From assembly GCA_963832165.1 (NCBI GenBank), contig CAWHTE010000011.1, positions 888,763 to 952,762 on the forward strand: DNA of 64,000 nt, given 5' to 3'. The position numbers were made by a program, and so were the translations under genes. Below the pieces are notes generated by a model. That model saw only the letters and a program-made list of their open reading frames with translations. It was not told the DNA's origin and did no database searches. Numbering within the stretch: position 1 is the first letter of the stretch; every line of letters starts with the position of its first letter. Positions 29,117 through 38,082 of the stretch are shown here, one piece after another. This DNA comes from an uncultured delta proteobacterium (GTDB lineage Bacteria; Myxococcota_A; UBA9160; SMWR01).

Positions 29117-29794
29117 GTGACGAAGCAGATCGAGCTGAAATTCCGCAGTCACGGCGGCGCGCGTGAAGGCGCGGGACGCAAGCCCGCCTCATCTCGGCCG
29201 CCCGTGCATCACGTGAAGCGGCCGAAAGTGCCCAAGGGCAGTCCGGCCCACGTGACTCTGCGCGTGCGGCGCGATGTGCCGTCTCTGCGCAGCCGCCGCT
29301 TCCTCCGCGACTTTCGGGCCCGGCTGAGAAAGGGCTGCGAGCGCGGCGAGTTCCGCGTCTGCCACTACTCGATCCAGCGCGACCACGTGCATCTGGTGGT
29401 CGAAGCCGTTGGGAAGGAAGCGATGGGGCGCGGGATGAAGTCGGTGGGGATCCGGCTGGCACGGACGGTCAACCGGGTGTTCGGACGGACGGGGCCGGTG
29501 CTGTTCGGGCGCTACCACCTGCGCGTGTTGCGCACCCCGCGCGAGGTGCGGAATGCGCTGGCGTATGTCCTTCTGAACGCGCGCAAGCATTGGCGCCAGA
29601 AGAACGGAAGTGCGCCGCCCGTTGTGCTCGATATCGCTTCATCCGGCGCCTGGTTCGATGGCTGGAAGCGTTCCCCGCCGATGGGAGAGCCGAGCGTTCC
29701 CCGCCCGGTGGCGCCACCTCGGTTCTGGCTCTTGAGGGAAGGGTGGCGACGGCGCGGGTTGGTGGATCCCGCGGAGGTGCCGGGGAGCGCGTAG
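29117..29794 (+). mobile_element. HUH/Y1 transposase, REP-associated tyrosine transposase (RAYT/TnpA-REP)-like
   Basis: HVTLR, HUH motif DHVHLVVE, G.V...RY....L, catalytic Y in ALAYVLLN; no tnpB; REP-like hairpins on both sides. Confidence 0.85.
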
Positions 29795-29952
29795 CGGGTC
29801 CTATTTCCTTTTCGGATTTCGATACCTCCTGCTCATATCGGATGGCTCCTTGGGTCGACGGCAAGCGAATCGAACCCCTGCTTCCTCACTCAAGGCAAAC
29901 CCGCTCTCGTGCGAGGGAAGGAGCCGAGCTCGAGCAAGTTTCGCTGCGGGTC

Positions 29953-29985
29953 ATAGGGCGGGACGAGCCAAGGCGGGATCCTCCC
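29953..29985 (+). repeat. Degenerate family A REP downstream of RAYT
   Basis: ATAGGGCGGGACGAGCCAAGGCGGGATCCTCCC versus consensus GTAGGGCGGGAGGAGCCGAAGGCGGATCCCGCC. Confidence 0.6.
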
Positions 29986-30028
29986 TGTGTCAGGCGATTG
30001 CTAGGCTGCCGCGGGGGCGGATTGAGGG

Positions 30029-30517
30029 ATGGCGGAAACGCGCGCGGCCGAGCTGATCCGGACTCTCGAGCTCGCGCCCCATCCCGAGGGCGGCTACTTC
30101 CGCGAGATCTGGCGCGCGAGCCACGGTGTCGAGCCGGGGGACGGGCGCGGGGCGCGCGCGGCGCTCACCGCGATCTACTTCCTGCTTCCCGAGGGCGCGG
30201 TGAGCCGCTGGCATCGCGTCGGCTCCGACGAGGTGTGGCACCACTACGAAGGCGCGCCACTCGAGCTGCTGCTCGTGCCCCCGCGCGAGCACCGCCTCGA
30301 GCGGGCTCGCCTGGGTCCACTCGCCGAGGGGCAGGCGCCCGTGCGCTGCGTCCCGGCGCACTGGTGGCAGGCGGCGCGCTCGCTCGGACCCTACACACTC
30401 GTGGGTTGCACCGTAGGGCCCGGCTTCGCATTCGAGGACTTCGAGCTGCTGCGCGACCGCGGCGAGCTCGCGGACGCGCTGTGTGACGCGCTGCCCGAAG
30501 CCATTCCGTACCGGTGA
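30029..30517 (+). CDS. Cupin_5 (DUF985) domain protein
   Basis: L.PHPEGGYFRE, TAIYFLL, WHRV.SDEVWH.Y.G, WQAA, LVGCTV.PGF.FEDF. Confidence 0.9.
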   Translation: MAETRAAELIRTLELAPHPEGGYFREIWRASHGVEPGDGRGARAALTAIYFLLPEGAVSRWHRVGSDEVWHHYEGAPLELLLVPPREHRLERARLGPLAEGQAPVRCVPAHWWQAARSLGPYTLVGCTVGPGFAFEDFELLRDRGELADALCDALPEAIPYR

Positions 30518-30538
30518 AGATGGAAGATGGGATGGCGG

Positions 30539-30574
30539 GATGGCGGGATCCGCCTTCGGCTCCTCCCGCCCTAC
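30539..30574 (-). repeat. GTAG-type REP (family A)
   Basis: 36/36 identical to 45241-45276; its TAG is the map stop codon. Confidence 0.9.
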
Positions 30575-31377
30575 GAGATCTCAAACCCCGGTGGCGTCCA
30601 GCGCCCGGGCGGCTCCCAGGTGCCCTCGTCGTTCTGCACCGTGAGCACGCGCACGCCGTCCGGCGTCACTTCGAGCGTGTGCTCGTACTGCGCGGAGAGG
30701 CTGCGGTCGGCCGTGAGCGCGGTCCAGCCGTCGGCCTGGATCTCGATTCCGGGCGCGCCCGCGTTGATCATCGGCTCGATCGTGAACGTGAGGCCCGCGT
30801 GCAGGCGAATGCCCGAGCCCGCAGCGCCGTAGTGGAGCACCTGCGGCTCCTCGTGGAAGCGGCGCCCGACGCCGTGTCCGACGAAATCGCGCACCACCGA
30901 GAATCCGAGCGGCTCGACGTGCGACTGGATCGCGTGGCCGATGTCGCCGAGCCGCGCGCCCGGGCGCACGGCCGCGATCGCGCGCCGCTGCGCCTCGAGC
31001 GTCGCGCACAGGAGCTGGCGTGCGGGCTCGGCGATCTCGCCCACGGCGACGGTGGACGCGTTGTCGCCGTGGAAGCCGTCGACGATCAGCGCGACGTCGA
31101 CGCCCACGATGTCGCCCTGGCGCAGCACCGCCTTGCGGTCGGGGATGCCGTGGCAGATCACCTCGTTGATCGAGGTGCACACGCTGCGCGGAAATCCGCG
31201 ATAGCCCAGCGGCGCGGGCGTGGCGCCGTGGCGCTTCGCGAACTGCACGACGAGATCGTCGAGATCGAGCGTGCTGATGCCGGGTGCGACCTGCGACACC
31301 ACCCAGGCGAGGCATTCGGCCGAGAGACGCCCCGCCGCGCGCATCGCGGCGAGCTGCGCATCGTTCTTGAGCGCCAT
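30571..31377 (-). CDS. map: Methionine aminopeptidase type I
   Basis: Y.GFP.SVCTSINEVICHGIP, DV....DG.HGD, FVGHGVG..FHEEP, FTIEPMIN, SAQYEHT. Confidence 0.95.
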   Translation of the reverse strand: MALKNDAQLAAMRAAGRLSAECLAWVVSQVAPGISTLDLDDLVVQFAKRHGATPAPLGYRGFPRSVCTSINEVICHGIPDRKAVLRQGDIVGVDVALIVDGFHGDNASTVAVGEIAEPARQLLCATLEAQRRAIAAVRPGARLGDIGHAIQSHVEPLGFSVVRDFVGHGVGRRFHEEPQVLHYGAAGSGIRLHAGLTFTIEPMINAGAPGIEIQADGWTALTADRSLSAQYEHTLEVTPDGVRVLTVQNDEGTWEPPGRWTPPGFEIS

Positions 31378-31444
31378 CGTACCGGCCCGGCGTGTCTGGA
31401 GCATCGAGCGTGGAAGGTTACCATCGCACGTCGGGGGAACGCGC

Positions 31445-34108
31445 ATGAGCGCCGAGAAGCCGAAGGTCGTCCACCGCCGCGACTATCGAGCCCCGGACTA
31501 TCGCGTGGACAGCGTCGAGCTCGACTTCGACCTGCGCGAAGACGAGACGCTCGTGCGCGCGCGACTCGCGATGCACCGCGAGCCGGTCGCGCTCGGCGAC
31601 GTTCCGCCGCTCGTGCTCGCGGGGCACGAGCTCGAGACGCTCTCGGTCGCGATCGATGGCCGGACGCTGGGCGAGCGCGAGGTGGCGATCGGCGAGGAAT
31701 CGCTCGAGATCGCCGCGCCGCCCGAGCGCTTCACGCTCGACACCCTGGTGCGGATCCACCCCGAGCGCAACACCGCACTCTCGGGCCTCTACCGCAGCAG
31801 CGGCAACTTCTGCACCCAGTGCGAGGCGCACGGCTTTCGCCGGATCACCTGGTTCCTCGACCGACCCGATGTGATGGCGCGTTATGCGGTCCGGATCGAG
31901 GCCGATCGCGAGCGCTACCCCGTTCTGCTCTCGAACGGCAACCGGATCGCAGAGGAGAGCGCCGCGGGCGGGCGCCACGCGGTGCGCTGGCGCGACCCGT
32001 CGCCGAAGCCCTCGTATCTGTTCGCGCTGGTCGCGGGCAACCTGCACTGCCACGCGGGGACCTACACGACGCGCTCCGGGCGCACGGTGCGGCTCGAGAT
32101 CTGGGTCGAGCCCCAGAACGCGGACCGCTGCGAGCACGCGCTGCGCTCGCTCGAGCGCGCGATGCGCTGGGACGAGGAGGTATTCGGCCTCGAGTACGAG
32201 CTCGACGTGTACATGATCGTTGCGGTGGGCGACTTCAACATGGGCGCGATGGAGAACAAGGGCCTCAACATCTTCAACGCGAAGTACGTGCTCGCTGCGC
32301 CCGAGACCGCGACCGACGACGAATACGAGGCGATCGAGGCCGTGATCGGCCACGAGTACTTCCACAACTGGACCGGCAACCGCGTCACGTGCCGCGACTG
32401 GTTCCAGCTCACGCTCAAGGAAGGCCTCACGGTGTTTCGCGATCAGCAGTTCACCGCCGACCAGACTTCGGCGCCCGTGAAGCGGATCCGCGACGTGGTG
32501 GCGCTGCGCACGAACCAGTTTCCCGAAGATGCGGGGCCGATGTCGCATCCGATCCGCCCCGAGTCGTACATCTCGATGGACAACTTCTACACCTCGACGG
32601 TGTACGAGAAGGGCGCCGAGGTCGTGCGCCTCTACCACACGCTGTTCGGTGCCGACGGCTTCCGGCGCGGCATGGATCTCTACTTCGAGCGCCACGACGG
32701 GCAGGCGGTCACCTGCGACGATTTCCGCGCGGCTCTCGCCGACGCGAACGGCGCCGACCTCGCGCGCTTCGAGCGCTGGTACGCGCAGGCGGGCACGCCG
32801 CGGCTCGAGGCGCACGGGGAGTGGGACGCCGCGTCGCGCAGCTACTCGCTGCGCCTGTGCCAGTCGCTGCCGACGGCACCCGAGGGTTCTCCGCGCGACC
32901 CGATGCCGATCCCCGTGCGGATCGGCCTGCTCGGCGAGGACGGCCGCGACCTGCCGCTGCGCATCGCGGGCGAAGCGGGCGCGGGGACCACGACGCGCGT
33001 GCTCCTGCTCGAAGATCGCGAGGCCACGTTCCGCTTCGAGGGCATCGCCGCGAGGCCCGTACCGTCGCTCTTGCGGGGCTTCTCGGCGCCCGTGGTGCTC
33101 TCGATGCAGCGGACCCGCGCCGATCTCGCGTTCCTGTTCGCGCACGATTCCGATCCCGTCAGTCGCTGGGACGCGGGTCAGTCGCTCGCGCAGGAGCTCC
33201 TGCTCGAGCTCGCCGCCGACGCGGCTGCGGGACGGCCGCTCGTGCTCGACGCGGAGTTCGCGGTGGCGATCGGGCGCGTGCTCGACGATCCGGCGCTCGA
33301 CGGATCGCTGCGCGCGCTCATGCTCGGGCTCCCGAATCTGCGCGTGCTCGGCGAAGCGATGAAGAGAATCGACTACGCGTCGCTGCACGCCGCGCGCGAG
33401 TTCACGCTGGCGGAGCTCGCGCGGGCGCATCGCGCGCGCTTCGAGGAGATCGCGCGCGAGCGCGCGGACGACCATCCGTACCGGAACGACCGCGCCGCGA
33501 TCGACCGCCGCCGCATCCGAAACGCGGCGCTGCGCTATCTCTCGATGCTCGGCGATCCCGGGGTCACCGCGCGGATCGAGCAGCAGTTCGAGCGCGCCGA
33601 CAACATGACCGACCGCCAGGCCGCGCTGCAGATCCTCGTCGATCTGCCCGGTAGCACGCGCGAAGCGCCGCTCGCGCACTTCTACGAGCAGTGGCGCGGC
33701 GACCCGCTCGTGCTCGACAAGTGGTTCACGGTGCAGGCGCTGTCTACGCGCGCGGACACCTTCGACCGGGTCGCCGGGCTCGCGCGCCATCCCGACTTCA
33801 CGCTCGCGAACCCGAACCGGCTGCGCGCGCTCGTCGCGAGCTTCGCGAGCGGAAACCCCGTGCGCTTCCACGCCGCGGACGGGCGCCCCTACGCGTTCCT
33901 GGGCGACGTCGTGCTCGAGCTCGACCCGCGCAACCCGCAGGTCGCGGCGCGCCTGGCCGGAAGCTTCGCGCCGTGGCGGCGCTTCCCGCCCGCGCAGCAG
34001 GCCGCGATGCGCGCACAGCTGGAGCGCATCGCTGCTGCGAAGCCGATCTCGAAGGATCTGTTCGAGATCGCGACGCGCGCGCTCGACGCACCGGAAGCGA
34101 AGGTATGA
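31445..34108 (+). CDS. pepN: Aminopeptidase N (M1)
   Basis: TQCEA.GFRRIT, GAMENKGLNIFN, HEYFHNWTGNRVT, LKEG, NFYT.TVYEKGAEV, NPNR.RAL. Confidence 0.96.
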   Translation: MSAEKPKVVHRRDYRAPDYRVDSVELDFDLREDETLVRARLAMHREPVALGDVPPLVLAGHELETLSVAIDGRTLGEREVAIGEESLEIAAPPERFTLDTLVRIHPERNTALSGLYRSSGNFCTQCEAHGFRRITWFLDRPDVMARYAVRIEADRERYPVLLSNGNRIAEESAAGGRHAVRWRDPSPKPSYLFALVAGNLHCHAGTYTTRSGRTVRLEIWVEPQNADRCEHALRSLERAMRWDEEVFGLEYELDVYMIVAVGDFNMGAMENKGLNIFNAKYVLAAPETATDDEYEAIEAVIGHEYFHNWTGNRVTCRDWFQLTLKEGLTVFRDQQFTADQTSAPVKRIRDVVALRTNQFPEDAGPMSHPIRPESYISMDNFYTSTVYEKGAEVVRLYHTLFGADGFRRGMDLYFERHDGQAVTCDDFRAALADANGADLARFERWYAQAGTPRLEAHGEWDAASRSYSLRLCQSLPTAPEGSPRDPMPIPVRIGLLGEDGRDLPLRIAGEAGAGTTTRVLLLEDREATFRFEGIAARPVPSLLRGFSAPVVLSMQRTRADLAFLFAHDSDPVSRWDAGQSLAQELLLELAADAAAGRPLVLDAEFAVAIGRVLDDPALDGSLRALMLGLPNLRVLGEAMKRIDYASLHAAREFTLAELARAHRARFEEIARERADDHPYRNDRAAIDRRRIRNAALRYLSMLGDPGVTARIEQQFERADNMTDRQAALQILVDLPGSTREAPLAHFYEQWRGDPLVLDKWFTVQALSTRADTFDRVAGLARHPDFTLANPNRLRALVASFASGNPVRFHAADGRPYAFLGDVVLELDPRNPQVAARLAGSFAPWRRFPPAQQAAMRAQLERIAAAKPISKDLFEIATRALDAPEAKV

Positions 34109-34830
34109 GGCGGTACCGCGCCGGGGTCGCGGCCCTCGCGTTCGCGTTCGCAGCGTGCGCGGGCGGGACCCCCGGCGATGCGGATCTCGGGCGCGTTCCG
34201 CCGTGCGGTTCGCTCGAGACGCTGCCGCCGCTGCCCGATGCGAAGAGCTGCGGCGAGGCCGATCTGGGCGCGTTCGCGGCGGCGCTCGAGAACGCCGTCC
34301 GCCCCCATGCGGGTGACGCGCTCGTGCGCGCGCAGCTCGATGAATCCGCGCAGGTGCACGAGCTGTGTGTGGGGAGCGGGCGCGGCTACGCGCCGACGCG
34401 TGCGCGCCGGGAGCTCGCGCAGCATCTCGACGCGATCCGTGCATTGCCGGCCGGCCCTGCGTGCGCAGCGGGAAGACGGCTCGACCTGAACCGATACCAG
34501 GCCACGTGGGCGCAGGTGCATGCCCGAGAGACGCAATGCGACGAGCAGCGGCGCGTCTCGCTCGAGACGCGCGGGGATCTCCTTCACGGGCGCAGTCACT
34601 TCGACCACGAGTACGAGCGCTGCATGGAGTACGACGCCGATTGGATCGTGCTCGACATGCCGGGCTCGATGCGGCCCTGGATCTACGTGAAGCCGGAGAT
34701 CCCCGATCCGCCGGGTCCGCGGGCCTCCGAAACCGCGAGCCGGTGCGAGCGCAAGTCGATGCGGGAAGAGAAGCAGGCCGCGTGCATCGAGTCCGAGGGA
34801 TGGGAGCGCCTCGAACCGCCGCCGCGCTAG
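34105..34830 (+). CDS. Cys-rich hypothetical lipoprotein (paralog 1)
   Basis: Lipobox FAA|C, ATGA overlap with pepN, clear similarity to the next ORF. Confidence 0.7.
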   Translation: MRRYRAGVAALAFAFAACAGGTPGDADLGRVPPCGSLETLPPLPDAKSCGEADLGAFAAALENAVRPHAGDALVRAQLDESAQVHELCVGSGRGYAPTRARRELAQHLDAIRALPAGPACAAGRRLDLNRYQATWAQVHARETQCDEQRRVSLETRGDLLHGRSHFDHEYERCMEYDADWIVLDMPGSMRPWIYVKPEIPDPPGPRASETASRCERKSMREEKQAACIESEGWERLEPPPR

Positions 34831-34912
34831 CCCCCAGAGGGCTCGGAGACGGCGCGGTGTTTGCAGTCTCTGTTCGGTGTCGCGTGATTCGCAGCCGAGG
34901 AGGGCAGGCGCC

Positions 34913-35596
34913 ATGGCGACGAGGCGATTTCTACAATCGGCAATTCTGGCGACCGGGTGGCTCGGCCTCTCGGCTTGCGTTTCTTCCACTCAGGAGGACG
35001 TGACGGTTCGGCCGTGCCCCGAGGAGGCGAGCCAGGCGCTCGTCGACGCGGCGGCGTGCGACGAGAGTGAGCTCTCCGAGTACACGGATGCGCTCTCCGA
35101 GCAGATCGTCGGGCGAAACACGCGGTCCCTCGTGCGCGTCGGGTTCGACGAGCAGGCGCGCGTGATTTCGGTGTGCGTCGACGAGCGTGTCGGCCGCGAC
35201 GCGTGGAACGCGCGGCGGCGCGTCGCCGAGAATCTCGTCGAGATGGGCACGATCCCGTCCGGGCCGGCCTGCGTCGCAGGGAAACGCATCGATCTGAACC
35301 TCTACGAGGCGAAGCTCGCCGAGGCCAAGGACGCCCAGGCCATGTGCGGAGCGGTCATCAGTGACCGCATGAAGGCGATCGGATCGTGCGCGAAGTTCGA
35401 GTCCGATTGGATCCTCTACGATCGCGTCGGGGTGATGCGGCCCTATCTCTACGTGAAGTCGGAGATCGCGCAGCCCGTCGACAGCGCGCGCGATACGCTC
35501 ACGCGCTGCGGCCGGACCGAATCGGGCTTCGAGGATCAGTCCGCCTGCATCATCGCGGACGGCTACGAGCTGATCACGCCGCCAGAGCGTTATTAG
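34913..35596 (+). CDS. Cys-rich hypothetical lipoprotein (paralog 2)
   Basis: SD GAGGAG, TRRFL then lipobox LSA|C; shares GPAC.AG.R.DLN.Y.A, DWI..D...MRP..YVK.EI and ACI...G.E...PP with paralog 1. Confidence 0.7.
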   Translation: MATRRFLQSAILATGWLGLSACVSSTQEDVTVRPCPEEASQALVDAAACDESELSEYTDALSEQIVGRNTRSLVRVGFDEQARVISVCVDERVGRDAWNARRRVAENLVEMGTIPSGPACVAGKRIDLNLYEAKLAEAKDAQAMCGAVISDRMKAIGSCAKFESDWILYDRVGVMRPYLYVKSEIAQPVDSARDTLTRCGRTESGFEDQSACIIADGYELITPPERY

Positions 35597-36459
35597 ACGA
35601 TCGTCCCGATCCGCGTGCCGAGCCGCAGCAGCGAGCCCGCCGGCTGCGGTGCAAGCTCGAGAACGCCCGGTGCCGCCGCGAGCACGAGCGTGGATCCGAA
35701 CTCGAAGCGGCCCCACTCGGCGCCCTTCTCGAGCCGCGGCGGCGCGTCGTAGCGTCGCCAGCGCGGCGCGCGGTCGCGCATGTTGGTCGTGAGCGCGTCG
35801 AAAGCGACGTGCACCTTGCCGACCATGGTCGCGCCGACCGCGACCAGCGCGAGCGATTCGCGTGCATCCCCCGCGCGCAGGCGCAGAAACGCGGCGATGC
35901 GCTCGTTCTCGGCGAACAGGCCCGGCACGCCTTCGAGGCCGATCCGGTTCACGGGCCAGAGGGATCCGGGCAGGTACACCGCTCGCGAGACGAATGCATC
36001 GCAGGGCGCGTGGAATCGGTGATAGTCGCGCGGCGCGAGATAGAAGGTCGCGAACCAGCCGCCCTCGAACGACTTCGCCAGCGCCTCGTCGCCGATCAGC
36101 GCGGCCAGTGAATAGGGGCGGCCCTTGAGCTGGAACAGCCGGCCGTCCGCGATGCGACCCGCCTCACCCCAGGCGCCGTCGCAGGGCGCCACGAGTGCAG
36201 CGGGGTCGGCATCGATCGAGCGTGCCTCCGGGCGCAGCGCACGCGTGAAGAAGTCCTGGAGCGAGGCGAACGAGTCGAGCGGGTCGCGCACCTCGTCGAG
36301 ATCGGCGCCCACCGCGCGCGCGAACGCGCGCCACGCGGGCGCGCGCAGCGGCGCGGGCAGGTGAACGGCAGCGGCGCGGCCGGCCGCGCGCGACAGCGCG
36401 TGGACGGGGAGGCGGCGGAGCGCACCCAGCACGAGCGCGCGAGACGGAGAGCTCGGCAC
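35593..36459 (-). CDS. psd: Phosphatidylserine decarboxylase proenzyme
   Basis: FFTR.L, PCDG, YLAPRDYHRFH.P, LFAENER, VGATMVG, self-cleavage FGST. Confidence 0.92.
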   Translation of the reverse strand: MPSSPSRALVLGALRRLPVHALSRAAGRAAAVHLPAPLRAPAWRAFARAVGADLDEVRDPLDSFASLQDFFTRALRPEARSIDADPAALVAPCDGAWGEAGRIADGRLFQLKGRPYSLAALIGDEALAKSFEGGWFATFYLAPRDYHRFHAPCDAFVSRAVYLPGSLWPVNRIGLEGVPGLFAENERIAAFLRLRAGDARESLALVAVGATMVGKVHVAFDALTTNMRDRAPRWRRYDAPPRLEKGAEWGRFEFGSTLVLAAAPGVLELAPQPAGSLLRLGTRIGTIV

Positions 36460-36506
36460 GCGACGCAGGGTAGTCAGCGCGCCGGTCCTGGGCCACGATC
36501 CCGCGC

Positions 36507-37547
36507 GTGGGCACTGTGGGAATCCTCGCGAACCCGATGGCCGGGCGCGACGTGCGTCGGCTCGCCGCACGCGCGAGCACCACGACGCTCGAGATCAAGC
36601 GCGATCAGGTCTCGCGCGCCGCGATCGGAGCCGCCGCGGGCGGCGCGAAGCGGCTGCTCGTGATCGCGGAGCCGTTCCGCATCTCGACCAGCGCAGTCGA
36701 GCACCTCGGCACGGGCGTCGAGATCGAAGTGCTCGACGTGGGCGCGGAGCTGCGGGCGGTGGACACGCAGCGCGCCGTGGCGCGCATGCGCGAGGCCGGC
36801 TGCGGTGCGCTCGTGGTGCTCGGAGGCGATGGAACCCAGCGCGTGGTGGCAAAGACCTGGCGCGACGCGCCGCTCGTGCCGCTCTCGACCGGCACGAACA
36901 ACGTCTTTCCGCTCCACGTCGAGGCCACGGCGGCCGGGCTCGCCGCGGGCCTCGTCGCGTCGGCGCGGGTACCCCTCGCGGACGTGGCGCGGCCCGTCAA
37001 AGTGGTGAACGTGTCGATCGAGGGCGAGCCGCCCGACCTCGCGCTGATCGACGCAGCGCTCCTGGTCGACGACGCGGTCGGCAACTTCATGCCCTTCGAT
37101 CCGAGCCGGCTGCGCCGTCTCGTGCTCGCGCGCGCGGAGCCCGCGGCGGTGGGCATGTCGCCGATCGGTGGCCTGCTGCACCCGTGCGGAGATCGCGACG
37201 AGTTCGGCGTGGCGGTGATATGCGGCGCGCACGACGACGGCGGCCGCGCGCTGCTCGCGCCGATCTCGCCCGGGCTGTTCCGCACCGTACACGTGCTCGG
37301 CGTGCAGCGGATCGCGCTCGGCGAGGCGGTGACGCTGGAAGGGCCCGGCGTGCTCGCGTTCGACGGCGACCGCGAGCGCACGCTCGCGCCGGGTCAGCGC
37401 GCGACGCTCACCGTCTCGCGCGACGGCCCGCGCGTGATCGACGTCGAAGCTGCGCTCGCGCGCGCCGCGCGCGACGGTGCGCTGGTCGGGCGCGCGCACT
37501 GGCACGATGCGTTCGACGACGCGTTTGGCGGCGTCGATTGCTGCTAG
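36507..37547 (+). CDS. ATP-NAD kinase-like protein, AcoX family
   Basis: VGILANP.AGRDVRRL, LGGDGT.R, LSTGTNNVFP, A.DG.RE. Confidence 0.75.
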   Translation: MGTVGILANPMAGRDVRRLAARASTTTLEIKRDQVSRAAIGAAAGGAKRLLVIAEPFRISTSAVEHLGTGVEIEVLDVGAELRAVDTQRAVARMREAGCGALVVLGGDGTQRVVAKTWRDAPLVPLSTGTNNVFPLHVEATAAGLAAGLVASARVPLADVARPVKVVNVSIEGEPPDLALIDAALLVDDAVGNFMPFDPSRLRRLVLARAEPAAVGMSPIGGLLHPCGDRDEFGVAVICGAHDDGGRALLAPISPGLFRTVHVLGVQRIALGEAVTLEGPGVLAFDGDRERTLAPGQRATLTVSRDGPRVIDVEAALARAARDGALVGRAHWHDAFDDAFGGVDCC

Positions 37548-37557
37548 CGTTCCGGCC

Positions 37558-38079
37558 GTGATCGATCTTTCGGCGCTCGCCGACATCGCAGACATCCTCG
37601 GCGGTCTCGCGATCGTGGGCGGCGGGATCTTTGCGGTCGTCCAGCTGCGCGAGTTTCGTGAGCAGCGGCGCCAGGCAGTGGCGGTGGAGCTCGTGCGCTC
37701 GTTCAGCGAGCCCGCCCACGCGGACGGGGTGAGCCTGATCCGGGAGCTGCCCGACGGCGCATCCGCGGAGCTCTTGCGCTCGAAGGGCCGCGAGTACGAG
37801 CGCGCGGCGACCATGATCTCCATCACCTACGAGACGATCGGACTGCTCGTGTTCCACGAGATGGCGTCGCTCGCGATGGTACGCGAGCTCACGGGTGGAC
37901 TCACGGTCGTGATGTGGCGCAAGCTCGAACCGTGGGTGCAGGCGATCCGGCAAGAGCAGGGTCACCGCTCGTTCGCCGAGTGGTTCCAGTGGCTCGCCGA
38001 GCAGCTCGGGCGCGAGAACGCTGAGAAAGAGGCGCACCCGGCCCACGAGAGGTACGCGGATTGGCGACCGCGGCGCTGA
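37558..38079 (+). CDS. Hypothetical protein, DUF4760-like, N-terminal TM
   Basis: Single TM, then YETIGLLV....W..L.P.V...R......FAEWFQWLA pattern. Confidence 0.6.
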   Translation: MIDLSALADIADILGGLAIVGGGIFAVVQLREFREQRRQAVAVELVRSFSEPAHADGVSLIRELPDGASAELLRSKGREYERAATMISITYETIGLLVFHEMASLAMVRELTGGLTVVMWRKLEPWVQAIRQEQGHRSFAEWFQWLAEQLGRENAEKEAHPAHERYADWRPRR

Positions 38080-38082
38080 GCG

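Noticed and set aside
29117..29794. IS605/IS607 element with TnpB or IscB nuclease and guide RNA
   Set aside because: No RuvC-containing ORF is adjacent; the neighbours are a small membrane protein and a cupin.
30571..34108. Divergent map/pepN as a novel proteolysis system
   Set aside because: Both are ordinary housekeeping peptidases; adjacency alone is not evidence.
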